Shown here one piece after another: positions 37,243 to 50,283 of a DNA stretch of 64,000 bases (positions within the stretch are counted from its first letter, which is position 1; the number at the start of each line of letters is the position of its first letter). Source of the stretch: Podarcis filfolensis. Taxonomy: Eukaryota. Position numbers and translations under genes: made by a program. The stretch lies in assembly GCA_964270895.1 (NCBI GenBank), contig OZ185440.1; one strand, given 5' to 3'. The notes below the pieces were generated by a model. It saw only the letters and a list, made by a program, of their open reading frames with translations, ran no database searches and was not told the DNA's origin.

Positions 37243-39719
37243 GGACTTACTCTGGAAAAGTGTGCCTCAAAATCCAGGTCTGAGGGTATGCTTGGAAAAA
37301 GATGGTCTTTGCAGCTTTATTTCATCCACTTTGGTCTCTGGATCGTCATTTTCTCTTCCCGTCATATCTTGTCATTTTTCAAGACTTTGCATGAATAACT
37401 GAGTAGAAATGAGAATGTCTAGTTTCCTGTAAAATGCCATGTATGTACTACTTTATTCACCTGGAGGCCCTCATGTCTTTGACTTGGGGAAGATGTGTGG
37501 TTCCTATTTTCTTTCTCACCTCACTACTTTTGAGAGCCAGGGAAATGTCTCCATGTTTCCCCTTCACTTAATGGGTTGGGGTACCCCTGTATTCTAAGCT
37601 TTAACAGCATGGGCCTGGAAAGCTGCTCTGGGGCCTTTGCCTTGATAATGATGAAAGTGACCTAGGTTCCTGCAGCAGATGTCTGAGGGGCTGCTTTGCC
37701 TCCTCCTATTCCCTAAAGCATTCTGTTGTGTTATTTTCAATTTCTCCAGCTTTTGGAATCTGTAAATGGAAAAGATCAGTTGTAGGTTGTTGCAGGTGAT
37801 TGGCACACTAGGTGGTACTGGCATTTAGCTTGTGGGTCATGCCTTGGGGTGACCCCAGCTTCATCCCTTTTCTTTCTTGGCAAGAGACAGTTATATCACG
37901 CTGAAGACAGCTTTTCTCATAGTAAGGTCTCTGAAAGCCTTTCTTCTCACAAAGGGAATTCCCTTCCTCCCGGCTTATTCCATTTTGTTTGGAGGCTTCA
38001 CCCCTTGATTTTTTCTTTTCTCTTCCCAACACCTGTAAAGAAAACGGGTTTGTTCGTTCCTTGCATTTGTTTGGGCTTAGAACACCTTGGAGGCCAGTGC
38101 TGGGCTGTCCACATCTTTCATAAGGCATGGTATTCTCTGGAACATGATGTAGAAGTTAGCGCTAAGATTGTGTGCAACTGACAAGTGTTTGGTGGGGGGG
38201 GGGCTGATTCTACCCTGATTCAGCTGAGATGGTTAGTTGTGACCTGACTACAAACTGCCCAAGTCTCTAGGTTGAGGAAACAAGAAGGCAGGCCTTGTAG
38301 ATGGGCAGAATCTGTTCTGTTGTGTTCTGTTCTGTGTTCTGTTATGGCCTTGCCCCTTCATAGTCAGCTCCTGATGTATGTTTCTCTGCTGCTAGAGCAG
38401 TAGAAAACAGCTTGACAAACCTGGCTGGGATGTGCAGGGTTTAATAGCTGGCTACCTGGCTGCACTGGGGTGGGGGGGAAGTGACCTGCATGTATACTCC
38501 ATACTAGTTCAATTCCCCACCAGCTTCTTGGAGCCATGTATTCTCTTAATTAAAGAAATATGGTAGACCAGATGTTAGCCTTATGTTTTCTTGTCCAAGG
38601 CTAAGAAATCCCTTGTGTGTCTTAATACTAAAGCCCAGCAGCCAAGCAACAGGCGTATTTGGGGGAGGGGAAAATAAACTTTTTTAGTGCAGTTTATCTG
38701 ATACCTGATCTTGCTATGCTTGATTCAGGAGGGAGATGGCTGTCTGCAGCAGCCAGCCATTGTTCTCTTGTATAGCTTTGTATGCTGTCTGGCTTCCCTT
38801 ACCTTGCAGGCAGTTGGAATGTAGCCCCACCTCCTTCAGCTTGTATGTCTGTCTCCTTTAAAGGTCCTCCATCCTGCTGCCTTGCACTGCTCCTGCCTCT
38901 TGCATCAGCCCACATAAAGTGTGATTGAGGACTGATTCTGCGTTCTTTATAGATTTGATATGCACTCAATTGTGAACTGCTGTCTTCTGCGTTTAGCTAA
39001 ATATCAGGCTCTGTCTCCTCTCCAATTTCCTAGTATAGGATTAATACTCTTATGTGCATCTTGTTGAAACAGTAGCTGGCTGAAGCAGAGTCCTAGTCCC
39101 TCAGATCTGTTTATCAAAAGCAATGTGTTTCTGAATTAATAACACTTCGATTGACAGTATTCTTGTCTTTGTAGATGACACACAAGAACAAGCAGTTGTG
39201 TTTTGAACCTGAACTTAGGCTAGATTTTCTGAATTCCTTCTTGGTTTTAATTTAAGCCAGTTACTAGTCCTCATGGTGATAAAGAAACCATACATAATAG
39301 GTAGTGTCTGGTTTAGGTCAGCAACTCATTTTTTTGCAAGAACATATTTTGAATATTGCATGGAATGAAGGGCAAGCAATTTGGATTCAACTGAATATTC
39401 TTCTGCAGAGACAAAGGGCTCTTTAATATTTTCCTCTGCTGTTTGACCAGCAACAGATTCTTTGACTTGAGGCAGTGGATTTCCACACACCACCACAAAT
39501 CTAGGCAAATGGGAATGAACAAGTAAGGTGCTTAAGGAGAGAACTTGTGTCAAAAGTGTCTTGCAGTTAACACTGGACTACGTTAAAAGGAAATCTATAC
39601 TCCTTTCTCTGCTTGCTAGTCTGGAAAAAGAAGCTCATGTGCTTAACAGAGGAGGGGCAGGCTGGATTTAGCTCCCCACTTCCTGCGCCATCAATTGTCT
39701 GTTCTTAATCTTTACATAG

Positions 39720-39926
39720 CAGGACCACAGCTTAGTAGTAATAGTAGAGCGCTCACTTTTTTATGCGTAGGACACCCTGTTCAATCCTTAGTATCTCCAG
39801 TTAAAAGGATCAGGCAACGGATGATAGGGAAAATCTGTCTGAGGCTCTGAAGATCTGGCAGAGTAGACAACACTGAGCTAGATGGACAAATAGTCTGATC
39901 TGGCATAAGGCAACTTCCTATGTCCC
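39720..39926 (+). mobile_element. Degenerate tRNA-headed SINE with CR1-like tail
   Basis: Degenerate A/B boxes; tail ..aaggcaacttcctatgt shared in reverse with 2725-2822. Confidence 0.5.
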
Positions 39927-40579
39927 TAGGGAGGCTTATCCTGGGTAACCTTTGCATTGTATTTTGGACATACCACGCTCACAACTTTCCATTGCGAAAA
40001 TGCAATGCTTCTGCAGCACCAGGAAGTGTCTACTGCAGATAATCCACAGCAGTGTTGCTGGCCACCACCTCCTGCTTCAAAAAGTCCTCAATATTGCCTA
40101 CCTATGGTCAAGAAATCTTGGCTGGCTTTGTTAGTCTACTAAAATGTTAATTTGAATGACTGCCTACTGCCCAAGAGGGGGAGAACTGTGTCTTCTGGCA
40201 TAAATGCTGAGCTAAAATAGAACAGGTGAGCCTGTGCCTTTCTCCACAGCTTAGAAGAGAGATGGGAGCTTATATCCCTATTGCGCTAAGACTCAAACAG
40301 CAAGAAGTGTTGCAAGTATCTTTTGAGAATCAGTGTAGCATCAGTAAGAGCACATTTCATTTCCCTGTGCTTTTGAAGGAAACCTGGAAGAGTGTGTCCA
40401 CATGCTGCTTCACACACAGAAGGGGCAGTGTCAGAAATCCCCCCAGACATGTTTTGTGACTATTGTGGGTCCAAATTAAGACCATGTGGAGATCTCTGTA
40501 CACCAGGTTGGCAATTGACATCTCCATTTGGCTGGCCCCTTCAGCTTTCTAAAGCAGGTAAGCAGAAGAGCTTATTTAC

Positions 40580-40775
40580 TGCAGTTAAATCTTGGGCTTT
40601 TCTCCAAGGAGTACATGGTTCACCGCCACCCCCAGTTAATTCCATAACGAACCAGTGAGGTAGGTTAGGAGGCTGCAACTGGCTCAAGGTCACCCAGTGA
40701 GCCTCATGACTCTGGAGATTTGAACTCTGATCTCACAGGTCCTACTCTGACACACTAACCACTACACTACATTAG
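40580..40775 (-). mobile_element. MIR-like tRNA-derived SINE
   Basis: Reverse of the core ccttgagccagttgcagcctcctaacctacctcac plus degenerate tRNA head. Confidence 0.6.
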
Positions 40776-41551
40776 CGTCCTAGAGTATGTCTGCTATGGG
40801 ACAGCTATATCAATCAAGTAGGTCAATAAATACGGGGAAAGCAAAATGTCACTTAGATATGGATCTGAAATATTTTCCTTGAAGCTTGAATTTGTTTCAT
40901 TCTGTATTGTTTTATTTGATGTTTTAATGTGTTGTAAATGGCTTTGAGATTTGTTCTCTTTAAAATATAAGGCAGTGTAGAAATGAAAATAAGACAAATA
41001 ATAATTATTCCATGTGGTAGGGGGAAATGGCGCATTGACATTCCATTGTGGCAGCCGTAACCTAGGTTAAAGGTGCCATTTGGTGATTAGATTGTATATC
41101 TGAGTTTCTAGCACTGAGAAACAGAGAAACACAACACTTGGCAGAACAAAGCATACTTACCAATATAAGTTGGTGTGAATATATGGATCCTTGATACCAA
41201 CATAATCCCTTGAGCAGACTTAATTTTGGGCCTACACAAATATAGCATTTCTTGACCTATACTTACGGTAGTAAAGAAATTTTATACTTCACATATGCCC
41301 CTGCTCATATTTTTAATTCCTATATCAATAATACCATTGGCAGCTGGTAGAGAATTATGCACCAACATTTTGTTATATTTTTATCTTGTTTCTTCAAGAA
41401 GCTCAGAATGGTGCTGACTTTTATTTATCTTCAAAAAAACAAACAAACAAAAAACCCTGTGACATCCACTATGCTGTGTGTGACCAGCCGTAGGTCACCC
41501 AGTGAACTTCATGGTAGATAGAATATTAAACTCATGCTGTTTTAGCTGGTC

Positions 41552-42900
41552 ATAGAAGCCTAAAATTGTAGAGTTGGAAGGGACAATGAGTGTTGTCTAG
41601 TCCATCCCGCTGCAATGCAGGAATCTCGACTATAGCATCCATGACAAATGGCCATCCAATTTCTGCTTAAAAACCTCCATTGAAGGAAAGTCTTCCATCT
41701 TCCAAGGGAGTCCGTTCCACTGTCAAGCAGCTCATACCATTAGAAAGTTCTTCCTGATGTTTGGTTGGAATCGCCTGGTATCTTGGAAGACATTGGTTTG
41801 GGTTCTGGAACAGGGGAAAACAAGCATGCTCCATGTGACAGCCCTTTAGATATTTGAAGATGGTTATATCCTGTCTCCTGTTGAAGCTAAACATACCCAT
41901 TCCTCATAAGGCTTGGTTTCAAGACCCTTCATCATCTTGGTAGTGCTGTCCTCTGCACAAGTTCTACCTTGTCAATATCCTTAAATTGTGGAGCCCAGAA
42001 CTGGACACAGTTCTGGAAAGAAGAGAGCAGGACTACTGGTACTTCCCTTGATCTGAAGCTGCCTAGAATAACATTAGATTCCCCCCCCCCCTGCCATATC
42101 ACACCGTACTCTTAAGGCTTTTCATCTTCCTGCTCAGTCTCATAGTTCCTTGGTTTACATCAAAGGCTGTGTCTGGCAATGTTGTTTGTATCCACAAGAA
42201 TCGGAAGGAAGAGGTTATGGTCGGTGGGCTTTATAAGACTTGGCAACTTCGGTCACATGAATCTTTGCACCTGGAAGACAGGACACCTCCTGTGACGTCC
42301 AGTTTCCTCCGCACACTGCTGCCTCTGTCCTCCGCAGTATGGAGTCACTTACCACCACCACAGGTCTCTACCTACTCTGGGGAGTGGCAGGAATTGTTCT
42401 GCATGCTGTACCTTCCACAGCCACCTCGGTGTATTCTGAGTTCTGCAACTGCTATCCTTGCTCCTCTGGCCCAGAATCTGTGTTCGAGACGAGGGCATGG
42501 AATCAATTTTGCAGCTCCAGTGGCACAGCATGGCTCCTGTCAAGTCCTACTTCTGTGTGTCATGTTCCTCCAGGGGTTTGTCTCCTGCAGTGGGCAATCT
42601 TCCTCCTCTCTGGGGGCACCCCATCTGTGCCGCTGTTCCATGACTGTCTACTCTGCTCTAAGCTTGCACTTGCTGCAGGTGTAATTACTTTGCACATTCT
42701 CAGGCAGGAAGACAAACATGGCAGGTCGCTGCAGCAGCTTCTCCACCATCCATGTCTCTTGGTCCTACAGACAGCGCAATACTGCACTCTGGGCCATCCT
42801 CACAAACGACCCTGTTTATAAGTCCTTGTCAGGAGCTCCCAGAAGCTGCTAAATACAAAGGTTTCCCCCTAATAGTTTGGAGCTTTTATTGTTGGCAACA
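41552..42900 (-). mobile_element. Degraded CR1: ORF1 remnant joined to 3' end (internally deleted or two fragments)
   Basis: Minus strand 42100-42750 reads CSMFVFLPE..YTCSKCKL and QVSCLPGAKI (CR1 ORF1 zinc finger and esterase motifs); 41552-42060 resembles the RT C-terminus/3' UTR of the 19.4-kb CR1; boundaries approximate. Confidence 0.7.
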
Positions 42901-43858
42901 CAGCTACCTTTACTTTCTTGTTTTCTCTGATTGAATCATTTTAGTCCTTGCTGCAGTTGCTACTGTGCTGCCTTGTTCTCTGATCACCAGTAGCCAAGCA
43001 AAACACACCTCTTCTATCTCTGAGGCTCCAGTCTCAGTTCTCAGCTCTGCCTGCTATCTGCAGTTAAGGATATAGAAACCAAGTTCTCACTGTCTCCCAA
43101 AGAAGGGATTCTTTCTCAGTAAGTTGAAGTGGGAAGAAGACTGCCCAGTATTGGCTTAGTTAGAAGACTTGTGCATAGTTCTGGATGGTATTGTGAGGAG
43201 TATCATGAACATGTAAATAGAGCTCTGACAGCCTTAATCCTGTTCGCAGCATCATATTTATGTAAATGGGAAGCCTGCCAATAGCTGCATCGGAAGCTTA
43301 ACACAACTATCTGGAAAATGCTGAATTTATCCAGCTCACTCCAACATAAATGTAACTGATCTGTAAAAGGGAAACTTGGTACTATTAAAACATGTGTAAA
43401 ACATTATTGGTTGGGTTCACAAATGTGTTCATGCAGCAACCCCCTGGCATTTTTGAAGGTCTGGTTTGAGGACAACTGTTCTAGAGTAACTGTTCTTTCT
43501 CTTGGCTGCTTGAGAGACTCTTTTTAAAAAATTACGCTTTGCTTCCTTTAAATCATTGTGACCTCGTGGACTTACCAACACAACTTTTATATTCCTGTGC
43601 CCTTTCTGCTGAGATGGGAGAGGCTTGAATTTAAGGGAGAATGAAGTGATAGATGTCTTGTACGACTCTGTTAATGCTTTCTGTCCCCCCCCCCCTCTCT
43701 CCTGCCTCTTAACTGAGCTTCCTTTTAACCCTGTGGTATGGTCTCATTACTGCTCTACAAATTACTGGGGAACACAAATCCTGTGCATTGAAATGTGGAC
43801 TCAATTTGACTAAATTGCTGAGCCAAACTTGCTTATACAAAGCAAACACAATGGGTTT

Positions 43859-44191
43859 ATATAATAATATAATTTATTATTTATACCTGCCCATCTGGTA
43901 GAGTTTTCCAGCCACTCTGGGCGGCTCCCAATCGAGTGTTAAAAACAATACAGCATTAAATATTAAAAACTTCCCAAAACAGGGCTGCTTTCAGGTGTCT
44001 TTTAAAAATAGGCTAGCTGCTTATTTCCTTGACATCTGATGGGAGGGCATTCCACAGGGTGGGCACCACTACTGAGAAGGCCCTCTGTCTGGTTCCCTGT
44101 AACCTTCTTGCAACGAGGTAACCACCAGGACGCCCTCAGTGCTGGATCTCAGGCACTGAACGATGGGGGTGGAGATGCTCCTTCAGGTATA
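43859..44191 (-). mobile_element. L2-type LINE 3' end
   Basis: Same family as the 29.9-kb copy; abuts a hAT-like MITE at 44192. Confidence 0.85.
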
Positions 44192-44904
44192 CAGGGTTGG
44201 GGAACCTGTGGCCTTTCAGAAATTTGTGGGCTGCTGTCCTGGCCATTGACCAGTCTGCTTGGAGCTGTTGGGAGCCTGCAAACATCTGAAGGTTCCCCAT
44301 CTGTGTTCTAGAACCTTGACAAATGTTGTTCTCCTTGATACTAAAGACTGATCTCCTTTCCAGTATTTCTGAGTGATTCATATTTTGGAAAGCTAACAAA
44401 TACACAATGAATTAACACTCAATAGATCAGAATTCAAAGTAATAAAATGCCTCATCAGGATTAAAAGGCCTGGGGGGGCAGGGAAATGTCTTTGCCTGGA
44501 GTGAAAAAGATGCTGATAAAGAGTGGGTATTGGAGGAATAGTAGTTGCATATTCAGAGGACTTCCATCTATTCCTCTGTAATAGTTTTGCAACAGCCAGT
44601 TTGTAGTCCTGCTCTATAATGCAGTGCAAACAAGGGGGAGTCAGGAGGTGGTTTTCAGCATCAGTCACCACAAGTACCAAGAGCTGCTTGCACTGCAATT
44701 GTTGGAGGGAAGAGAGCTTGCCCCTTGGACAAATTAGGATGTAGCAGGCAAGGTCAGAACAGACGTCCCAGCTCCAGTCCTCAGAATTGTAATTCAAGCA
44801 GATCAGGGGAGACGCTGCTATCAAATGCGTTTCATAAAGGCAATATAAAATGGCCTGTTGTCTTCCAAGTATTAACATTAGTACTTTTTCTTTAATGTTC
44901 AAAG

Positions 44905-45068
44905 TGCGCTCCTTTGGAACTGAAGATCGTCCCACAGACCGTCCTGCCCCTCCAAGGGAAGAAGTTTATGAATATATCATCTTTCGAGGTAGTGATATTA
45001 AAGATATCACTGTATGTGAGCCTCCAAAAGCGCAGCATAATCTCCCCCAGGATCCTGCTATTGTCCAG
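44905..45068 (+). CDS. LSM14B: LSM14B coding exon 2
   Basis: aag|TGCGC...CAG|gtaagt; [55 protein letters not shown]; 164 nt. Confidence 0.96.
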
Positions 45069-45544
45069 GTAAGTTATTTCATCTGAAACACCAGTGGTGG
45101 CTTCATCCAGCAGTTGAGCTTGGCTCCCCTTGTGTCTCTTAATTGAATTATCACTATTGGATTTTTTAGTCTTTAAGATGTCACAAGATTGTTCTGTTTG
45201 TTTGGTACAGCAGACAAGCATGACAGCCCCTCTGCCATTTCTTAGATTCGAGTTAGGCTGTTCCCCCTATATTAAGAGTGTTCATTCCTTCGCACATGCT
45301 AGCTCTCACCCCCCACCCAAAAGGTATGATAGTGTAGCAGTCAATTCTGTCCCATCCCCGCCCTTGTCTGGCTTTGTTTGCTGACAACCTGTGCATTGTA
45401 GCTGTTAACCTACAAGGACCTGTGCTATTTTGTAGTAGTGATGCTAAACATTCTGAATGTTAAAAAACAACTGTGCTAGCATTGAATATCTTTCTACCTC
45501 CTGTCCATCTTCATTTTGCAGCCTTTAACTTTAGAAGCATAACT

Positions 45545-45812
45545 TTATGCACTCCCCAGGGACGTTCGCCTGGTGCCTTCATTAATACACTTTTAGGCAC
45601 CAGGCAAAAACATTCCTCTTTAACCAGGCCTTTGGCTGATTGACACCCAATGCCCTTTTAATATTTTTCTTGTTTGTGGGTGTGGGGTAGGGGATTTACT
45701 GAGTTGTTTTTGTTTGCATTTATGTATTTTGTTTTTTCATATTGTTTTTATCCTGTCAGCCTGTGACCTGTGCGTATAGGGTGGGGTACAAATAAATAAT
45801 AAAATAATATAA
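45545..45812 (+). mobile_element. L2-type 3' end in sense orientation just upstream of LSM14B exon 3
   Basis: Reverse of the 17.8/26.2-kb family blocks; ends gggtggggtacaaataaataataaaataat. Confidence 0.6.
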
Positions 45813-45835
45813 TATGGTGTTCTCTCATTTTGTAG

Positions 45836-45971
45836 TCTTCTCTGAGCTCTGCCTCAGCACCCTCCTTTCAGCCACACGTGCCTTACAGTCCCTTCCGAGG
45901 TATGCCGCCCTACAGCCAGCTTGCTGCCAGCTCTTTAATTAGCCAGCAGTATGCAGCTTCCCTTGGTTTAG
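45836..45971 (+). CDS. LSM14B: LSM14B coding exon 3
   Basis: ttttgtag|TCT...TTAG|gtgagt; [45 protein letters not shown]; 136 nt. Confidence 0.95.
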
Positions 45972-46921
45972 GTGAGTACTGTAACAATAAACTGATATGT
46001 CTGCCTGAGCTGTTCCACTCCAGATTCCAGCTGGAGACTCGCAGGGAATGCTGTTCAGTTTCCAGCATGGAGGAGACTTCTGTATTGATTGGAGAGAGAA
46101 GAGGCTCTGAATGTTTTTGTTTTTCTTCCCGTTGGGAAGAATTCCATCACGTGAGCCTCCTCCTGGTGTCTAAAGTGGACAGCCCAGACATTTGTTTACC
46201 ACCTGCAGTGAGGACTAAACTGAAGACTTATATTGTGTGTATTCCTCAGTTGTTAAAAGCACGTCTTTTCAGCAGCCCATGTCTTACTGGAATTAAGCTT
46301 GATTTCTTTGCTTTAGCTGCTGACTAGAAACAAGCTAGCTTTATGAATTGAATCTTATAGGAGTCCTCCACCTTGGGAAAGGCCATTCATGCTGTGGTGC
46401 AACAGACCAAACCTGGGTCAGAGCTGCTACCTTTGGACTAATCCCAGCTCATTCATAAGCTCCTTGTGATTCCTCAGCTGTAAAATGAGAGTAAGGGTGT
46501 CATCTGATCACAGCGAGTGAGAAGAAACTGTACCGGGTTTTAAGAACTCTTAACTATATATATATTTTTTTCAGCAGTTAAGTTTCCAGCTTAACTGCTT
46601 TCCATTTATCAGCTGAAAATTGGAGAGGAGGAATCCAAGGCAGTATGTTTGGACAGTTGCTTCCATTTTAGGTGCTTATTAGCAATGTAAGTTATTTAAA
46701 GGCATCGATAGGCTAATGCTTAAGTTGTGTGATGCAGAATGTTCTTCTGGTACCAATATCTGTTTTGTTCCTGGTTAAATTCTCCCCAGTCTCAAAACTG
46801 TAAGAACACACACAGATCTTGAGCCATCTTTCTTTCCCAACTCACCTGGATAACTCTAGTGCCTTGTGTCTTATTGGTATCCCTCTTTGCTTTGTCTTTT
46901 CCCCTCCTGTCTTTCTTTTAG

Positions 46922-47038
46922 AGAAACTGGTAAGCCCTCCAGCATCAGCAGCTGCTTCCAGTCCTAGCTCTTCTTCGTCTCCTCAGCCAGTTTCAGAGCC
47001 TGACTTGTCATCAGAGCCACACCTGCTGTCTTCTAAGG
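46922..47038 (+). CDS. LSM14B: LSM14B cassette exon (117 nt, phase 1-1)
   Basis: Long polypyrimidine tract, tttag|AG...AAGG|gtaac; EKLVSPPASAAASSPSSSSSPQPVSEPDLSSEPHLLSSK; frame-preserving. Confidence 0.8.
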
Positions 47039-49897
47039 GTAACAGCAGCTTGAGGATTCCAAGTATTTGGAAGAACTGCATGGTGTTTTCAAAACCATTT
47101 TGTCTTTTAACCCCCCCTTCTTGCTCCTGAACAGAGTTAACCTCAGCAAGGATTACAGCAGTAGTCTTTCTGAAAACCTTGGTGCATTTGCTTCTGCTCC
47201 AGGTATTTGATTGGTGGACGAAAAGGAGCTTGAGTTCTGGGTAGTGTTTTAAATATTGAGGCAGAACTAGCTAGAGGGAAGGCAGCTAGTGGCGTAGGAG
47301 AAATCCAGTGAAATGTGGGGACCAGGAAGCAAGGAGGCTGGGCAGTGATCACTAGTTAAGTTCAGAAACCCTTCCTTGAAGGCTACACCATGGAGCTTCC
47401 GGAAGAGTGCCTGCAAAACTATGATCAGAAATCACAATTCAAATTGAAGTTGAAGGAATTGAACCTGTAGGCCTAGAATACTGATGGCTTATAGGACATG
47501 CACGACACCAAGCTGTTGTATAGCGGAATGTCTTGTCTGTGGATGAGTGGCTGGCCTTGGATAAGATTTGGGCTACTCTTGTGGCCTTTTAAAATGTGTT
47601 GGTTTTGAGATTCTGGTTTGAGATTGTGCTACAAATATCGGATGCCAAGGTTTCGCAAGAGAAGAGGACAAGTAGCTGCTTGGGGGGCGGGGAGAGGGTG
47701 CCTGCTGGGAATGGGACAATGTTCAAAACTGCGTGAAGGAATTTCTACTCAAAATTTCTACAGTAAAATTTGCCTGTGAGGGCTGCATTGCATGTTATGC
47801 TTTGTGTGGCTACTTTTCTGTTCTCTTGCATGTGTCTTGACCGTGGCTGTGCATTGTCTGTCCAGCTTGAGAACATAATTGACGCTTGCTAGGCAGGTTG
47901 CATTACCTTGGCATGAATTAACTTGGGTTTTTTTAGAACAGAGGTGTAAGGCTCTGCAAATGTCTCTCTTGGCTGCAAATCTAATCAAAACTGCTTTTCT
48001 GAATCAAGGATTCTGGGGAAGCTTATAGGTGGCTTGAGACTTAACAGTAGAAGCTGTCTGAATATCGTGCATCATACATTCAGGGGGATAGTGAGTTGTG
48101 ACAGGTTTGTTGCAATGTTTCCACATGAAGGAGGTAAGTTGTAGTTGGCTCCATCAGATTTTCCTCTGGTGATGCTCGAGTTTGCTTTTTAAGGGCTCTT
48201 CAATTAATGGTATGCATTGTCCCTTGGCTGCTTTAGCAAGAGGTTCAAATCTGCATTCTTAATAAAAACAATTTGATCAAACTGCGCTGAGACTAAACTT
48301 TACACTGAAGTGTTTGGGTTGCGTTTTGGTGGCAATTTACCCTGCATAGTTGCTTTTAGTTACAGCATGATCTAGCCCCTAAATGCCATTGTAGTGCAAA
48401 GCTAAATATGCACAAGGGACAGTGCTGGAACGTTTAATCTCAATTCTGGGAGGCAAGAGGGTGAGCTTTGTAAGTTGGAACAGGACTATACAATCAAATA
48501 AAGAAAATTCTGCACCCAAACTACTGTGTGTGCTTTTTAGTTCAAGAATGAAGGCTTTCAAAAGATTTTCACATTTTTGAGACAAACTTTGGTTTCCACT
48601 ATCGTTTTACGAGATTTCCTCACTGTTAAGAGGTTTAAGTGGTGAGATGGAGTAACGAGTTTAGTACCTGTTGAGTGGCAGAGTTGTGCCACATGTCTGC
48701 TAGCTAACGAAACTCCTGCTGAATTTCTTTCCCCGCCCTGCAAAGATTCCAGACTTCACTGTGTCTGTCAACTTGGTTTCAAGCTATGTTAACACGGGTG
48801 AGACATTGGGAGCCGTTTTCACAAACAGGGATTCAGTGGAGACCCAAATACTTTATTGGAAATATACAGACTGCCTAAACATTTTCTTACAATCAAGCGG
48901 TACATAAATTTTGCTAGATAAGTAAATAAAAAAATCTCCACTCACTGTTCGTCTCTCTTCTGTACCATGAACAGCCGTATTCTGCACCTTAACCAAATAA
49001 TAGTTCTTGTGGATTTGCTACTGCCGGGTAGCAGTGTGCCTTTGCGAGGGGAAAAGCCTGTTTAAGTTAGTACTTTTTCAGAGCAATGTGAGGTCCAAGG
49101 CACATGGGGAAGTGAAGGGCTGATAGGCCGCAGAAACTATGCAGGTGTGCTAGTCTGCTGTGGATTATTGGCTACTAAGTACCTCTTTGAAATGTGTGCT
49201 TATGCATGAGGATCAGAACATGTGTAAACCATGTGGCTATGTAGAAGGCTAACATCTGTGATATTGCATGCAATTTAAACTAGTTGAACACTCCTGGTTG
49301 ACACCAAGGGTGGGGAATTTTGGACCTGTGGCCAATCGCTACCTTCCAGGCCTTGGGGCTCTTACCCAGGCCTTATCCCTCATTGGCCCTGTTCCACACC
49401 CTCCTTGAGTGTTCTTGCTTGACTGGAATGGGCCCTTGAACTTGGATAATTTATGTAGCTCGCTTGTCTCAATGGAGAGGTGTGTTTGTGTAGGAACTAG
49501 CTTACAGTACAAGGTAAAAGTTACATTTTTCACTTCAGCCTGTTAGTACTCTCACTAAACATTTGCCTAGATTTTCGTCTGCGGCCATCTTGTTCAACCT
49601 GATAGCTGTCAGTTTGAATGCTTCTCAGTGGTTAATCTAACTTCCCAACATCAGTTAAAAGAAAATTTAGATTCTATATGTATTTTAATTCTATGCTGTT
49701 ACTCTCATTTCCTGGACCGGATTAAAATCAAGCCACCATCTGTCCTGAACATAGTCTCAAATGCAGGAAATGTATTTTAGGTGAAGCCCCTTTTCAGCAG
49801 AACTTTCTGTTCCAAACTCTTTTGGCAGGATGTGGGAGACTAGTTCCAGTTCAGAACCACCACCGTGAATCCTGACAATTCCTTGGTTTTCCCACAG

Positions 49898-50065
49898 GAG
49901 CTGCTTTTCCATCAGTTCATTCAGTGCGCAAAAGTCCCATGGTGGAGCAGGCTGTTCAGACGGGCCCCATTGAAAACTTGAATCCCAAAAAAGCTCCTCC
50001 AATCAAAGTCATTCCGGCGGTCCAGCGAAACATGCGCCAGATCCCGCAAAGTAACAAGACAAGTG
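49898..50065 (+). CDS. LSM14B: LSM14B coding exon
   Basis: cccacag|GA...AGTG|gtacag; [23 protein letters not shown]...NKTS; 168 nt. Confidence 0.93.
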
Positions 50066-50205
50066 GTACAGAAATGCTTTCTTTCAGAAATATGTCAGCA
50101 CTGTTAAAACCAGGTCTGAAGTCTGCTTCAGCTAACATCTGCTGATACCGTTCAGCTTGTTGGTTTATATTGTTGAGTTGAATAGACTTTCCTATTTTGC
50201 CTTAG

Positions 50206-50283
50206 ATACAGTTGAGCCAGCGCCTGTTCAAATGCAAGGGCAAGTGAATGATGAGAATAGAAGGCCTCAGAGGAGGAGATCAG
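50206..50283 (+). CDS. LSM14B: LSM14B coding exon
   Basis: ccttag|AT...TCAG|gtatgt; DTVEPAPVQMQGQVNDENRRPQRRRS; 78 nt. Confidence 0.94.

Noticed and set aside
37646-37690. ATGATGA...CTGA resembling a C/D snoRNA in LSM14B intron 1
   Set aside because: Only about 30 nt between boxes, too short, with no clear C'/D' boxes or guide
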